A DNA stretch of 64,000 bases from positions 99,712 through 163,711 of the forward strand of contig QCDI01000002.1 in NCBI GenBank assembly GCA_003280965.1, read 5' to 3'. Below, one piece after another: positions 44,198-54,651 of this stretch (position 1 is its first letter; each line of letters opens with the position of its first letter). The notes beneath the pieces were generated by a model that was not told where the DNA came from, did no database searches, and was given only the letters and a program-made list of their open reading frames with translations. This stretch comes from Prochlorococcus sp. AG-355-B18 (GTDB lineage: Bacteria; Cyanobacteriota; Cyanobacteriia; PCC-6307; Cyanobiaceae). Both the position numbers and the translations under genes were made by a program.

Positions 44198-44748
44198 TTT
44201 AATTTACTAATATTTGATTTCTTTATTACTTTAAAGTTTTTCTTTTTTAGGGGGATACAACTTTTCAATAAATTTTCAACCGCATCAAAATCCCTCCAAC
44301 CATCAATTTGAACTGTTCTTCCATCAAGTCCTTTACTTGTCCTAAAAAATTCTGCAACATCCTCAAGCTGATTAGGAGCAATTTGATTAATACTTACTAT
44401 ATTAGCCTGTCTAGGATTAGCCATAGGGACACATAAAAGCTTTCCATCGTACGCGCCACAATCATGCATATCCAAAACTCCGATAGGTCTTGCTTTTATC
44501 AGACAACCAGCAAAAGTAGGTTCATCCATTATCACCATTGCATCAAGTGGAGCTCCATCATCAGCGAGGGTATTAGGGATAAAACCATAATCAAAAGGGT
44601 ACCTCACTGAAGAATGCAATACTCTGTCTAAAGCCATTATTCCTGCATCAGAGCAATATTCATATTTATTCCTACTCCCTGCAGGTATTTCCACAACAAT
44701 ATTTACAATTCCCTTCATTGGAGATGGAGGTATTGAACTAAGGTCCAT
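44194..44748 (-). CDS. ppa: Family I soluble inorganic pyrophosphatase paralog with altered catalytic residues
   Basis: EIPAGSRNKYE, LDRVL, YPFDYGFIP; DGDPLD reads DGAPLD and FxxYK reads FRTSK. Confidence 0.9.
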   Translation of the reverse strand: MDLSSIPPSPMKGIVNIVVEIPAGSRNKYEYCSDAGIMALDRVLHSSVRYPFDYGFIPNTLADDGAPLDAMVIMDEPTFAGCLIKARPIGVLDMHDCGAYDGKLLCVPMANPRQANIVSINQIAPNQLEDVAEFFRTSKGLDGRTVQIDGWRDFDAVENLLKSCIPLKKKNFKVIKKSNISKLN

Positions 44749-44992
44749 CTTTTTTAAAATCCTGATTATGAATTATCTCGTTTCCTTGAGATAAGGGTCT
44801 GCCAATCAAAATGCTTATTGAAGGTAATAAAATTGTCAAAAAGGCAAAAATAATACCTAAAGATGTTACTGATAGACTCCTTATACTTAAGGGGTCATCA
44901 TCATCTCTTTCAAAATCACTTCTAGCAGAATCAAGAGAAGATTCTTCGCTTAATTTACTTTGAATAAACTGCTTTGATTTCGTGTAACTCAA
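44738..44992 (-). CDS. Small hypothetical membrane protein
   Basis: 84 aa, acidic N-region then one TM; overlaps the ppa start. Confidence 0.6.
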   Translation of the reverse strand: MSYTKSKQFIQSKLSEESSLDSARSDFERDDDDPLSIRSLSVTSLGIIFAFLTILLPSISILIGRPLSQGNEIIHNQDFKKDGP

Positions 44993-45088
44993 GAACTCTT
45001 AATTGGTAAATATTAAGGAGATAATTAAACATCATTATCCTACATTCAAAATGTCAATAAATCAAAACATTGATAGTTGACTTTTTAA

Positions 45089-45445
45089 TTACTCTTTTTC
45101 TAGCAAAGACCTAATAGATTTTAGTTCGTCTAATATTTGTACCAGTATATTTTGAGCAGCGGAGGAAGGTGTATTAAAGACCTCTACAGTAACTTCCTTA
45201 ATTCTTAAAATATCTTTTGCAAATCTTGCTACTTCATTAGGATGAAATTTTAAGGGATCTTTTTGATCAGTTCTAAATTCGGGATTTAATTTTCTTGGAT
45301 TAAAGCTAGGGTTTAAATTTCTTAAATCTGTATTTGTATACCTATAGACAGAAGCTCTTGATCTGTTTAGGAATTTTTGAACTTCATCAATACCAACTAA
45401 TTCCTCTTCGCTAGAAATATTGGAATCTATATTTTCCATAAACAT
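45089..45445 (-). CDS. Helix-turn-helix DNA-binding protein (resolvase/excisionase-like HTH)
   Basis: LVGIDEVQKFLNRSRASVYRY HTH; C-terminal amphipathic helix. Confidence 0.8.
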   Translation of the reverse strand: MFMENIDSNISSEEELVGIDEVQKFLNRSRASVYRYTNTDLRNLNPSFNPRKLNPEFRTDQKDPLKFHPNEVARFAKDILRIKEVTVEVFNTPSSAAQNILVQILDELKSIRSLLEKE

Positions 45446-45612
45446 AAGAAAATTTTAGTAGTTAATGAACTTTTAAAAGAGTTTGAACTTCATTACTGAA
45501 GAAGTTAGCAGAAAGAATATTTTTAGACTATCCGCGTTGAGGGACTCAAGACACTTTAGATTCTTTTTTCATCTTAATTGATAAAATTAATTATCATAAA
45601 TTATTTTTTTGT

Positions 45613-47415
45613 ATGCGCGTGACAACCTCATTTCCTCTGGGGACACTTCGTGACACACCTTCTGAAGCTGAGATTATTTCACATCAATTACTTTTAAAAG
45701 CTGGGTACATTCGAAGAGTAAACAGCGGTATTTATGCATACATGCCAATAATGCTTAGGGTTATTGAAAAAATATCAACGATAATAGATAAAGAACTTAA
45801 TAGTATTGGTTGTACAAAATTACTATTACCTCAACTTCATCCTGCAGATTTATGGAAAAAAAGTGAAAGGTGGGAAGGATATACTGCAGGGGAAGGAATA
45901 ATGTTTAATCTCAAAGATAGACAAGGTAAAGAATTTGGTTTAGCTCCAACTCACGAAGAGGTGATCACAAGTATTGCATCAGAGACCATAAACTCCTATA
46001 AGCAATTGCCTCAATGTTTTTATCAAATTCAGACAAAATTTAGAGATGAAATAAGGCCAAGGTTTGGATTGATGAGAAGTAGGGAATTTATAATGAAAGA
46101 TGGTTATTCTTTTCATTCTTCAGAAAACGATCTGGCTTGTTTCTATGAAAAGATGGGCAATGCTTATGAAAATATTTTTAAATCTTGTGGACTACAAACT
46201 GTTGGCGTTGAAGCTGATAGTGGAGCAATTGGCGGTGCTTCATCTAAAGAATTTATGGTCACTGCTGATGCTGGGGAAGATTCCATATTGTTCACTCAAA
46301 GTGGTTCTTATGCTGCCAATATAGAAAAAGCTGTTTCTCTACCCTCTCAACCTATTCCACTTAAAGATAATATTGCAGAGTGGTTGGAAACGCCTCATCA
46401 AAAAACAATCCTAGAAGTTTGCGATAATAACAATCTAGAACCAAGTCAGATTATTAAAGTAGTAATATTCCTTGCACAGTTCGAAGGTGAATTTAATGTC
46501 CCAATTCTTGCATGCATAAGAGGCGATCAACATATTAATGAAGTAAAGCTTTTTAACTTAATCAATAAACTTCATCACTTCAATCTCCTTAATCTTAAAA
46601 AGATTGAAAACAAAAATACTATCGAAAAAAATCTAGTTGATTTACCCTTAGGTTTTATCGGGCCAGATTTAGATAATAAAACTATTAAAGCTAGTTCTAA
46701 TTGGAAAAAAAAATGGACAAGAATAATTGACTATTCTGCAAGCGACCTTTCAAAGTTTATAAGTGGTGGGAATAAAATTAATTTCCATAAAGTTTTTCAA
46801 GGATTTTCTTTTGCTTCGAAAGACTATCTAATTGGAGATATAAGGAATGCCAAAAAAGGAGATAAAATAAGTATTTACGATGATGAAGAACTTAAAGAAA
46901 AAAAAGGTATCGAGATTGGACATATTTTCCAACTAGGTCAGAAATATAGTGAAAAATTAAATGCAAAGTTCTCTGATAAGGACGGTCAGCTTAAGAATTT
47001 ATGGATGGGTTGTTACGGAATAGGAGTGACAAGAATAGCTCAAGCCGCTATCGAACAGAATCATGATCAAAAAGGCATTTGTTGGCCTATCCAGATTTCT
47101 CCTTTTGAAGTTATTATTATCCCAACAAACCTAAAAGATCCTATTCAAAGTGATCTTACAGAGCATATCTATAACAACTTTTTAATTAATAAAATTGATG
47201 TCCTTCTTGATGATAGAAACGATAGAGCTGGAGTGAAATTTAAAGATGCGGAATTAATTGGTATTCCTTTTCAAGTAATTATTGGCAGAGATTCTATTAA
47301 TAAAGAAGTAGAACTTTTGTGCAGAACAAATAATACTAAGCTTAAAATTAGTACTGATAAATTGTTAGAAACATTTATTTCCGAATCTGAAATAATGTAC
47401 AATAAAAAGTCTTGA
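45613..47415 (+). CDS. proS: Prolyl-tRNA synthetase
   Basis: LAPTHEE, KFRDEIRPRFG, IEIGHIFQLG, GCYGIG. Confidence 0.98.
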   Translation: MRVTTSFPLGTLRDTPSEAEIISHQLLLKAGYIRRVNSGIYAYMPIMLRVIEKISTIIDKELNSIGCTKLLLPQLHPADLWKKSERWEGYTAGEGIMFNLKDRQGKEFGLAPTHEEVITSIASETINSYKQLPQCFYQIQTKFRDEIRPRFGLMRSREFIMKDGYSFHSSENDLACFYEKMGNAYENIFKSCGLQTVGVEADSGAIGGASSKEFMVTADAGEDSILFTQSGSYAANIEKAVSLPSQPIPLKDNIAEWLETPHQKTILEVCDNNNLEPSQIIKVVIFLAQFEGEFNVPILACIRGDQHINEVKLFNLINKLHHFNLLNLKKIENKNTIEKNLVDLPLGFIGPDLDNKTIKASSNWKKKWTRIIDYSASDLSKFISGGNKINFHKVFQGFSFASKDYLIGDIRNAKKGDKISIYDDEELKEKKGIEIGHIFQLGQKYSEKLNAKFSDKDGQLKNLWMGCYGIGVTRIAQAAIEQNHDQKGICWPIQISPFEVIIIPTNLKDPIQSDLTEHIYNNFLINKIDVLLDDRNDRAGVKFKDAELIGIPFQVIIGRDSINKEVELLCRTNNTKLKISTDKLLETFISESEIMYNKKS

Positions 47416-47442
47416 GGCTTATTTTTTTTTGGGAGCTAAGTT

Positions 47443-47880
47443 ATGTTACTGAAATGGACATCAAAATTATTTTTTAAGAATCTTACCAAAGCTATATCTT
47501 TTGCAATATCCCTAATTGTTGTTTTTACACTATTTAGTTCTCCTTCCATAGCTGCAAAAACAGCTATGACAGGTGACTATACAAAGGATACAATTTCAGT
47601 TGTTAAAACATTACAAACAGCTGTTGATACTCCAAAAGATTCTCCAAATAAAGATGAAGTAAGAAGTGAAGCTCTTACACTCATAACTGACTATATTTCC
47701 AGATATAGAAATAGAGGGATGGTGAATAAAACGCAATCATTTACCACAATGCAAACAGCATTAAATGCTATGGCAGGTCATTACAAAAACTTTGCAAGTA
47801 GACCTTTACCAGATAAACTTAAAGAGCGTTTAACCAAAGAATTTTCTCTTGCTGAAAAAATGGTTCTAAGGGAAAGTTGA
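47443..47880 (+). CDS. psb27: Photosystem II assembly factor Psb27
   Basis: MTGDY..DT, YISRYR, SFTTMQTALNAMAGHY...RPLP. Confidence 0.95.
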   Translation: MLLKWTSKLFFKNLTKAISFAISLIVVFTLFSSPSIAAKTAMTGDYTKDTISVVKTLQTAVDTPKDSPNKDEVRSEALTLITDYISRYRNRGMVNKTQSFTTMQTALNAMAGHYKNFASRPLPDKLKERLTKEFSLAEKMVLRES

Positions 47881-47907
47881 TACAATTCATTTACTTTTTA
47901 AAAGTAA

Positions 47908-49272
<1,365 letters not shown>

Positions 49273-49287
49273 TTTAGTTCCAAATTA

Positions 49288-50289
49288 ATGAAGGAATCCT
49301 TTAGGCATTTTGAACATAAAAAAATTGATCTGATTGGTTTGGGCAACGCAATAGTAGATATTATTGTAAATATTGAAGATGAGTTTCTTGAGATAAATAA
49401 TCTGGATAAAGGATCAATGAATCTTATTAATTCTGATGAATCTCAGAGATTGTTAGAAAATTGCAAAGTGATCAAACAAATTTCAGGTGGGTCCTCAGCA
49501 AATACTGTTGTTTCTTTAGCAGAATTAGGTAATCATGTGCAGTTTATAGGAAGAGTGAAAAATGATCAATTTGGGAATTTCTTTTCTGACGATATAAAAA
49601 AAAGCAACACTATATTTAATACTCCACCTACTATTGAAGGTGCTCCAACAGCTCATTCGATCATTTTGGTTACACCTGATGCACAAAGAACTATGTGCAC
49701 TTACCTGGGAGCATCTGTAGAATTTGAGCCAAAAGACATTGACTTTACTGTAATTAAGGAAAGTAAATACTTATATTTAGAGGGATATTTATGGGACAGC
49801 GAATTAGCTAAAAAAGCTTTTATTAAAGCCGCCCAAATTGCAAAACAATCTAATACAAAAATAATCCTTTCTTTGTCTGATTCATTTTGTGTAGATAGGC
49901 ATCGTAAGAGTTTCTTGGAATTAATTTATGAATATGTAGATATTGTTTTCTGTAATGAATCCGAAGTATTAAGTCTATTTAAAAATGATAAATTAGCAAG
50001 CTGCCAAGAAGAGCTATCTTCTTTATGTGAATTAGTCATTGTAACTCTTGGAAGCAATGGTTCTCTGATCGTTAACAAAAATAATGTTGAAATAATTGAG
50101 TCAATAACGAAAGGTAAGATTATTGATACTACAGGAGCGGGAGATATCTATGCGGGAGGATTTATCCATGGATTAATAAACAATTGTTCCCTCAAAAAAT
50201 GCGGAGAGATAGCTTCAATTTGTGCGGGGCAAATAATTACGCAATTAGGATCTAGAACAGATATTGATCTTAAAGAGTTAATAAAATAG
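49288..50289 (+). CDS. PfkB-family carbohydrate/adenosine kinase
   Basis: GNAIVD, GGSSAN, RTMCTYLG, DTTGAGD. Confidence 0.92.
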   Translation: MKESFRHFEHKKIDLIGLGNAIVDIIVNIEDEFLEINNLDKGSMNLINSDESQRLLENCKVIKQISGGSSANTVVSLAELGNHVQFIGRVKNDQFGNFFSDDIKKSNTIFNTPPTIEGAPTAHSIILVTPDAQRTMCTYLGASVEFEPKDIDFTVIKESKYLYLEGYLWDSELAKKAFIKAAQIAKQSNTKIILSLSDSFCVDRHRKSFLELIYEYVDIVFCNESEVLSLFKNDKLASCQEELSSLCELVIVTLGSNGSLIVNKNNVEIIESITKGKIIDTTGAGDIYAGGFIHGLINNCSLKKCGEIASICAGQIITQLGSRTDIDLKELIK

Positions 50290-50295
50290 ATTTAA

Positions 50296-50601
50296 TCAAA
50301 TAGTCTTATTCAACCAATCATAATATTTCATCTCAGCATGGTATTTTTTGTAAATAATTTGAGGGACATCATACGTGGAATTTTTATTTACGAAATCAAT
50401 TAAACAATCTTTAAATTCTAGTTTACTTTTTATTGTGATTTCAAACTCTTTAGTTTCTTCAATATCATCATCCCACTTATAAATTGAAAAAATTTGCCTT
50501 ATCGAAACACAAGCAGCAAGTTTATTTTGTATTAGTAATTTAGCCATTCGCAAAGCATTTGCGTTACTTGATTCAGTTGTGATCATAACTAATACTTCCA
50601 T
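50296..50601 (-). CDS. cutA: Divalent-cation tolerance protein CutA
   Basis: LAACV, SIYKW, YDVPQII, YYDW. Confidence 0.92.
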   Translation of the reverse strand: MEVLVMITTESSNANALRMAKLLIQNKLAACVSIRQIFSIYKWDDDIEETKEFEITIKSKLEFKDCLIDFVNKNSTYDVPQIIYKKYHAEMKYYDWLNKTI

Positions 50602-50613
50602 ATAAACTAAACA

Positions 50614-51411
50614 TCAATATTTTTTAATTATGTGATTTATCAAATTGTGATATTGATCAAAAGAGTAAGAATAATCATTTTTAACTTTCGGCCTTTTAAC
50701 CAAAAATAACTTCATCTTACTTCCAGAAACTATACTCTCCCAGTTTTTCTGAGAATAACTTCCAGATTCTCTGCATAGAACATAATCTATCTCCCAAAAA
50801 TCACAAAGTTTTTTTTCTAAAATGCTTTTATTATTTTTACTCGGTTCAAGTATGGCTATGTTTGAATTTTTAATACATGATCCAAAAGCTTTAGTTATAC
50901 TTTCATAAGTTGGAAGTACCCTTGTAAATACATTTGCTTTACAGTTCATATAATAACTAGCTGTATCGTTAAGGAATCTTGATCCTATTGCAAGAAGAAT
51001 ATTCTTATTTTCTATATCAACATTATTTATATCCTTTAAATGATCAATATAAAAAAAATTATTAGTTTTATTTATTAGAGATTTCCTCTCAAATAGTAAA
51101 AGAGGAGTATTAATTTCTTTACATGCATTATTAAGATTTTTAGAAATTATTACGGCAAATGGATGAGTAGCATCGACAACGCATGTGATTTTATTTTTAT
51201 TTATGAAATCAATTATTTGATCTTTATTATTTAATTTACCCGTAATGATATGTAACTTTGGATTATCAATATAAGCTTGCCCTGCTTTATAACTTAAAAC
51301 ACTTGCAAAGACTGAATAATTAAGTTCAATAAGCCTATTAGCTATTACAGGTCCATCCGAAGTTCCTGATAGGATCCAAACATTTTTATAGCAATTTTCT
51401 TGATTCTGCAT
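50614..51411 (-). CDS. cobK: Precorrin-6A/cobalt-precorrin-6A reductase
   Basis: LSGTSDG, VVDATHPFA, RVLP, RESG, VKRP. Confidence 0.92.
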   Translation of the reverse strand: MQNQENCYKNVWILSGTSDGPVIANRLIELNYSVFASVLSYKAGQAYIDNPKLHIITGKLNNKDQIIDFINKNKITCVVDATHPFAVIISKNLNNACKEINTPLLLFERKSLINKTNNFFYIDHLKDINNVDIENKNILLAIGSRFLNDTASYYMNCKANVFTRVLPTYESITKAFGSCIKNSNIAILEPSKNNKSILEKKLCDFWEIDYVLCRESGSYSQKNWESIVSGSKMKLFLVKRPKVKNDYSYSFDQYHNLINHIIKKY

Positions 51412-51439
51412 CAGTATGTCTTTAATTAAATAGTAAATA

Positions 51440-51865
51440 ATGAATCATTGTTTAATTCAGGCGGTAATCAATAGCGCTCCCAAAATGAGGTATACCAAAG
51501 AAAACCAAACTCCAATTGCAGAAATGATTGTTAATTTTAAAGGATTACGTAGTGAAGATCCAACTAGAAATCTCAAGATCATAGGATGGGGAAATATTGC
51601 CCAAGAAATGTTAGATGAACTAAAGGAAGGGCAAAATATTGTTATTGAGGGACGTCTAAAGATGAATTCTGTCACTAGAAAAGACGGAACAAAAGAAAAG
51701 CAACCAGAACTTACAGCTTCAAAGATTCATCAAATCTCACCAGTTGAACTTATTAATTCTGATCAAAAAGAAAATAACGAGTCATTTGATAATAAAGAAA
51801 CCACCAAAAAATCTAGTTGGGATAGCTCACCTTTAGTGCCCGAAGTTGACGAAATACCCTTTTAA
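51440..51865 (+). CDS. Single-stranded DNA-binding protein-like (cyanobacterial divergent SSB type)
   Basis: P.MRYT, VIEGRL OB-fold pattern; acidic C-terminal tip DEIPF. Confidence 0.88.
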   Translation: MNHCLIQAVINSAPKMRYTKENQTPIAEMIVNFKGLRSEDPTRNLKIIGWGNIAQEMLDELKEGQNIVIEGRLKMNSVTRKDGTKEKQPELTASKIHQISPVELINSDQKENNESFDNKETTKKSSWDSSPLVPEVDEIPF

Positions 51866-51866
51866 A

Positions 51867-52049
51867 TCAATTATCAACATTATTTTCCTGAACACTTATA
51901 ATTAATTTGCTTATTTTTCTTTCTAGCGAGGCAAGTTCGCTTCTGATTTCTGGCCATTTACCCTTATCAAGATTTTCTAATAGCCAAGCTCTGTCTTGAT
52001 CAAGTTTAAAAATTAAATCTCCTTGATTTGCAGTATTGGGATCTTGCAT
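51867..52049 (-). CDS. Small conserved hypothetical protein
   Basis: 60 aa, LDQDRAWLL..LD.G.WPE.R.ELA.LER; fills the gap exactly. Confidence 0.7.
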   Translation of the reverse strand: MQDPNTANQGDLIFKLDQDRAWLLENLDKGKWPEIRSELASLERKISKLIISVQENNVDN

Positions 52050-52091
52050 AATACTTGTTAGCCAACTTAAAATTTATTTTACTAAATCAAA

Positions 52092-52622
52092 ATGAAGAAA
52101 TACTTATCACCTGGAAATTTAATCGTAACAGCTGGGGGTATATTAGCTTTTGTTGGAATGACTGCTTATTTTACAGACTCAGTAAATTTAAGTGTACCTA
52201 CTTTTTTTTATGGAGTACCTATTTTTCTAATTGGATTAGGTTTAAAGACTTCCGAAATTCCACCTGTAGAGTTGTTTGACAAGACAAATTTTGCGACAAA
52301 TAAATTTAATAGGCCAAAAGAATTAACAGCACTAGTAAAAGATGTTACGAGATGGAGGTACGGGATTAAAGCTCATCTTGAATCTTCATTAGAATCATTA
52401 AATTTGTGGGACGAGGATAATCCACCTCAATTAAAAGAAATAGAAGAAATTACAAAGGAAGAAAAAAATGGTCTCAGAATGCGTTTCGAATTAAACGCTA
52501 TCCCCATAGAAAAATGGATTGAAAAACAAGAAAGATTAAACAGGTTTTTCGTCAAAGGTCTTGAATCAGAATTTATTATCGACGATAATAAAAAAGAATT
52601 TGATTTTATTCTCTTTTATTGA
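52092..52622 (+). CDS. Conserved membrane protein (DUF2854-like)
   Basis: Two N-terminal TMs, FFYGVP..LGLK.SE, KDVTRWRYG..AHL. Confidence 0.8.
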   Translation: MKKYLSPGNLIVTAGGILAFVGMTAYFTDSVNLSVPTFFYGVPIFLIGLGLKTSEIPPVELFDKTNFATNKFNRPKELTALVKDVTRWRYGIKAHLESSLESLNLWDEDNPPQLKEIEEITKEEKNGLRMRFELNAIPIEKWIEKQERLNRFFVKGLESEFIIDDNKKEFDFILFY

Positions 52623-52686
52623 ATATAAGTATATATTTGTAAAAACCTAATTTCTCAATTCAATCAAGTTTTAATGATTTTTAATA

Positions 52687-53538
52687 ATGAATGATTCTCA
52701 AAGAGTATCAATATTAAGCGAAGCACTTCCATATATACAAAGTTTCTCAGGTAGAAAAATTGTTATCAAGTATGGTGGTTCTGTTATGGAGGACGATGAT
52801 TTAAAAAATGCTTTTTTTAGAGACATAGCACTTTTATCAACAGTGGGGGTATGTCCAATAGTAATTCATGGAGGTGGACCCGAGATTAATAATTGGTTAA
52901 AGAAATTAGAAATATCTCCTAAATTTGAAAATGGATTAAGAATTACTGATCAAGAAACAATGGATATCGTCGAGATGGTTTTAATGGGTAGGGTTAACAA
53001 ACAAATTGTAAAAGGGATTAATAAAACTGGATCCTTAGCTGTAGGAATATCAGGACTTGATGGTAACTTAATTCAATCTAGAGAATTAGGAGATGGGAGC
53101 CATGGGTTAGTGGGAGAGGTTACAAAAATAAATCCTGAGATCTTAGACCCTCTTATTTCTAAAGGATATATCCCTATTATTTCTAGTATCGGATCAACTA
53201 TGGATGGTATTTCCCATAATATTAATGCGGATTTTGTTGCTGGAGAAATTGCTGCTGCAATAAATGCAGAAAAACTTATTCTTCTTACTGATACTCAAGG
53301 TATTTTAAAAGAAAAAGATAACAAAAATAGTCTTATTGAAAAGACGAACCTCAAAGAAGCAAGAGATTTTATTGATAAAAAGATTGTGACTGAAGGTATG
53401 ATTCCAAAGACAGAATGCTGCATAAGAGCTTTAGCACAAGGAGTCAAAGCAGCTCACATAATCGATGGAAGAGTAGAACATTCATTACTTCTTGAGATTT
53501 TTACAAATTCTGGAATTGGTACAATGATAGTCGCCTAA
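52687..53538 (+). CDS. argB: Acetylglutamate kinase
   Basis: IKYGGS, HGGGP, NINAD, GMIPK. Confidence 0.98.
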   Translation: MNDSQRVSILSEALPYIQSFSGRKIVIKYGGSVMEDDDLKNAFFRDIALLSTVGVCPIVIHGGGPEINNWLKKLEISPKFENGLRITDQETMDIVEMVLMGRVNKQIVKGINKTGSLAVGISGLDGNLIQSRELGDGSHGLVGEVTKINPEILDPLISKGYIPIISSIGSTMDGISHNINADFVAGEIAAAINAEKLILLTDTQGILKEKDNKNSLIEKTNLKEARDFIDKKIVTEGMIPKTECCIRALAQGVKAAHIIDGRVEHSLLLEIFTNSGIGTMIVA

Positions 53539-53541
53539 CCT

Positions 53542-54651
53542 ATGAAAACTTATGAGCAAGTTTTAGAAAAAGTAGAACTTGCTTTAGCTAAAGGTGAGTA
53601 TAATTATTGTATTGAATTTCTTTTGCCATTAATTGAATCGTTTCCTTTACCAAGCAAAGAGGGAGTAAATTTAAGAACAATTTTAATTACTGCTCTTTGT
53701 GGTATCAATAAAAAGGAGGAGGCTAAAAGATTTTGTAAAGAACTTCTAAAATCTTACGATAATAAGACGAGAGAAAATGCAAAATATTTGATGGAAGTAA
53801 TAGATTCTCCTGAAATTAAAAAGCCAGAAAATTGGAACGTACAGTTTGAAAGCGACCTATCACTAAATAAAAAATCTTTTAACTCACTACGCAAAAAAAG
53901 AGATGTATTGAAGAAAAAGAAATTTATTAATGTTACTGATACTCCAACTGGTGAAACAAAACCCTTTCAGAAAGGCTTTTCACTGATCATTTTTTTAATA
54001 CTATTATTATTAATTCCACTTTTAAGTGGCTGCGTTAAAATTGAGGATACCCTTAATCTTAGTGAAGTTGATTCAATAACCAATAATTTAGTGATAGAAA
54101 GTAAATACATAAAGAAATTTCCTTGGCAATCAAAATTTGAGGAGAAAATAAAAGATATTTTTCCTGACGCAGAAATTGAACAAGGCGAATCAACCTTTTC
54201 TTTGAAACATAAAAATCTCAATCTAGAAGATACAAAGCAAGTTCTTAAATTAACCCAAAATACCGCTGGAGAGTTAGCGGGAGGATCTACAAACATAGAA
54301 ATTAATACTAGCCAAAAAAACTTCATTTTTTTTAAAAAATACTTTTACAAGGTAGATTTGGATCTTAACTCTATTCAAGATCTTGATAATTTAGAACTCA
54401 TCTTCAAAATTATTCACCCTAATAAAGCTATCCTTACTAATAAAAATAATTCAAATTTAGAAATCACAAAAAATCTAATAATTTGGAAATTAAATCCGAG
54501 TCAGATAAATACTCTTGAATTTTCGTTCTGGAGCCTCAACAAACTTTTGATTGGGATATCTACTATTTCGATGATTGTAGTATTTGCTTATTTATTAAGA
54601 TTCTATAGATTTAAATTAGGTACAGACTTGCCACAACTTCCATCAAACTAA
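53542..54651 (+). CDS. Membrane protein with N-terminal TPR-like helices and DUF3153-like domain
   Basis: Helical N-terminus, internal TM ending in LLSGC, C-terminal TM. Confidence 0.7.
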   Translation: MKTYEQVLEKVELALAKGEYNYCIEFLLPLIESFPLPSKEGVNLRTILITALCGINKKEEAKRFCKELLKSYDNKTRENAKYLMEVIDSPEIKKPENWNVQFESDLSLNKKSFNSLRKKRDVLKKKKFINVTDTPTGETKPFQKGFSLIIFLILLLLIPLLSGCVKIEDTLNLSEVDSITNNLVIESKYIKKFPWQSKFEEKIKDIFPDAEIEQGESTFSLKHKNLNLEDTKQVLKLTQNTAGELAGGSTNIEINTSQKNFIFFKKYFYKVDLDLNSIQDLDNLELIFKIIHPNKAILTNKNNSNLEITKNLIIWKLNPSQINTLEFSFWSLNKLLIGISTISMIVVFAYLLRFYRFKLGTDLPQLPSN

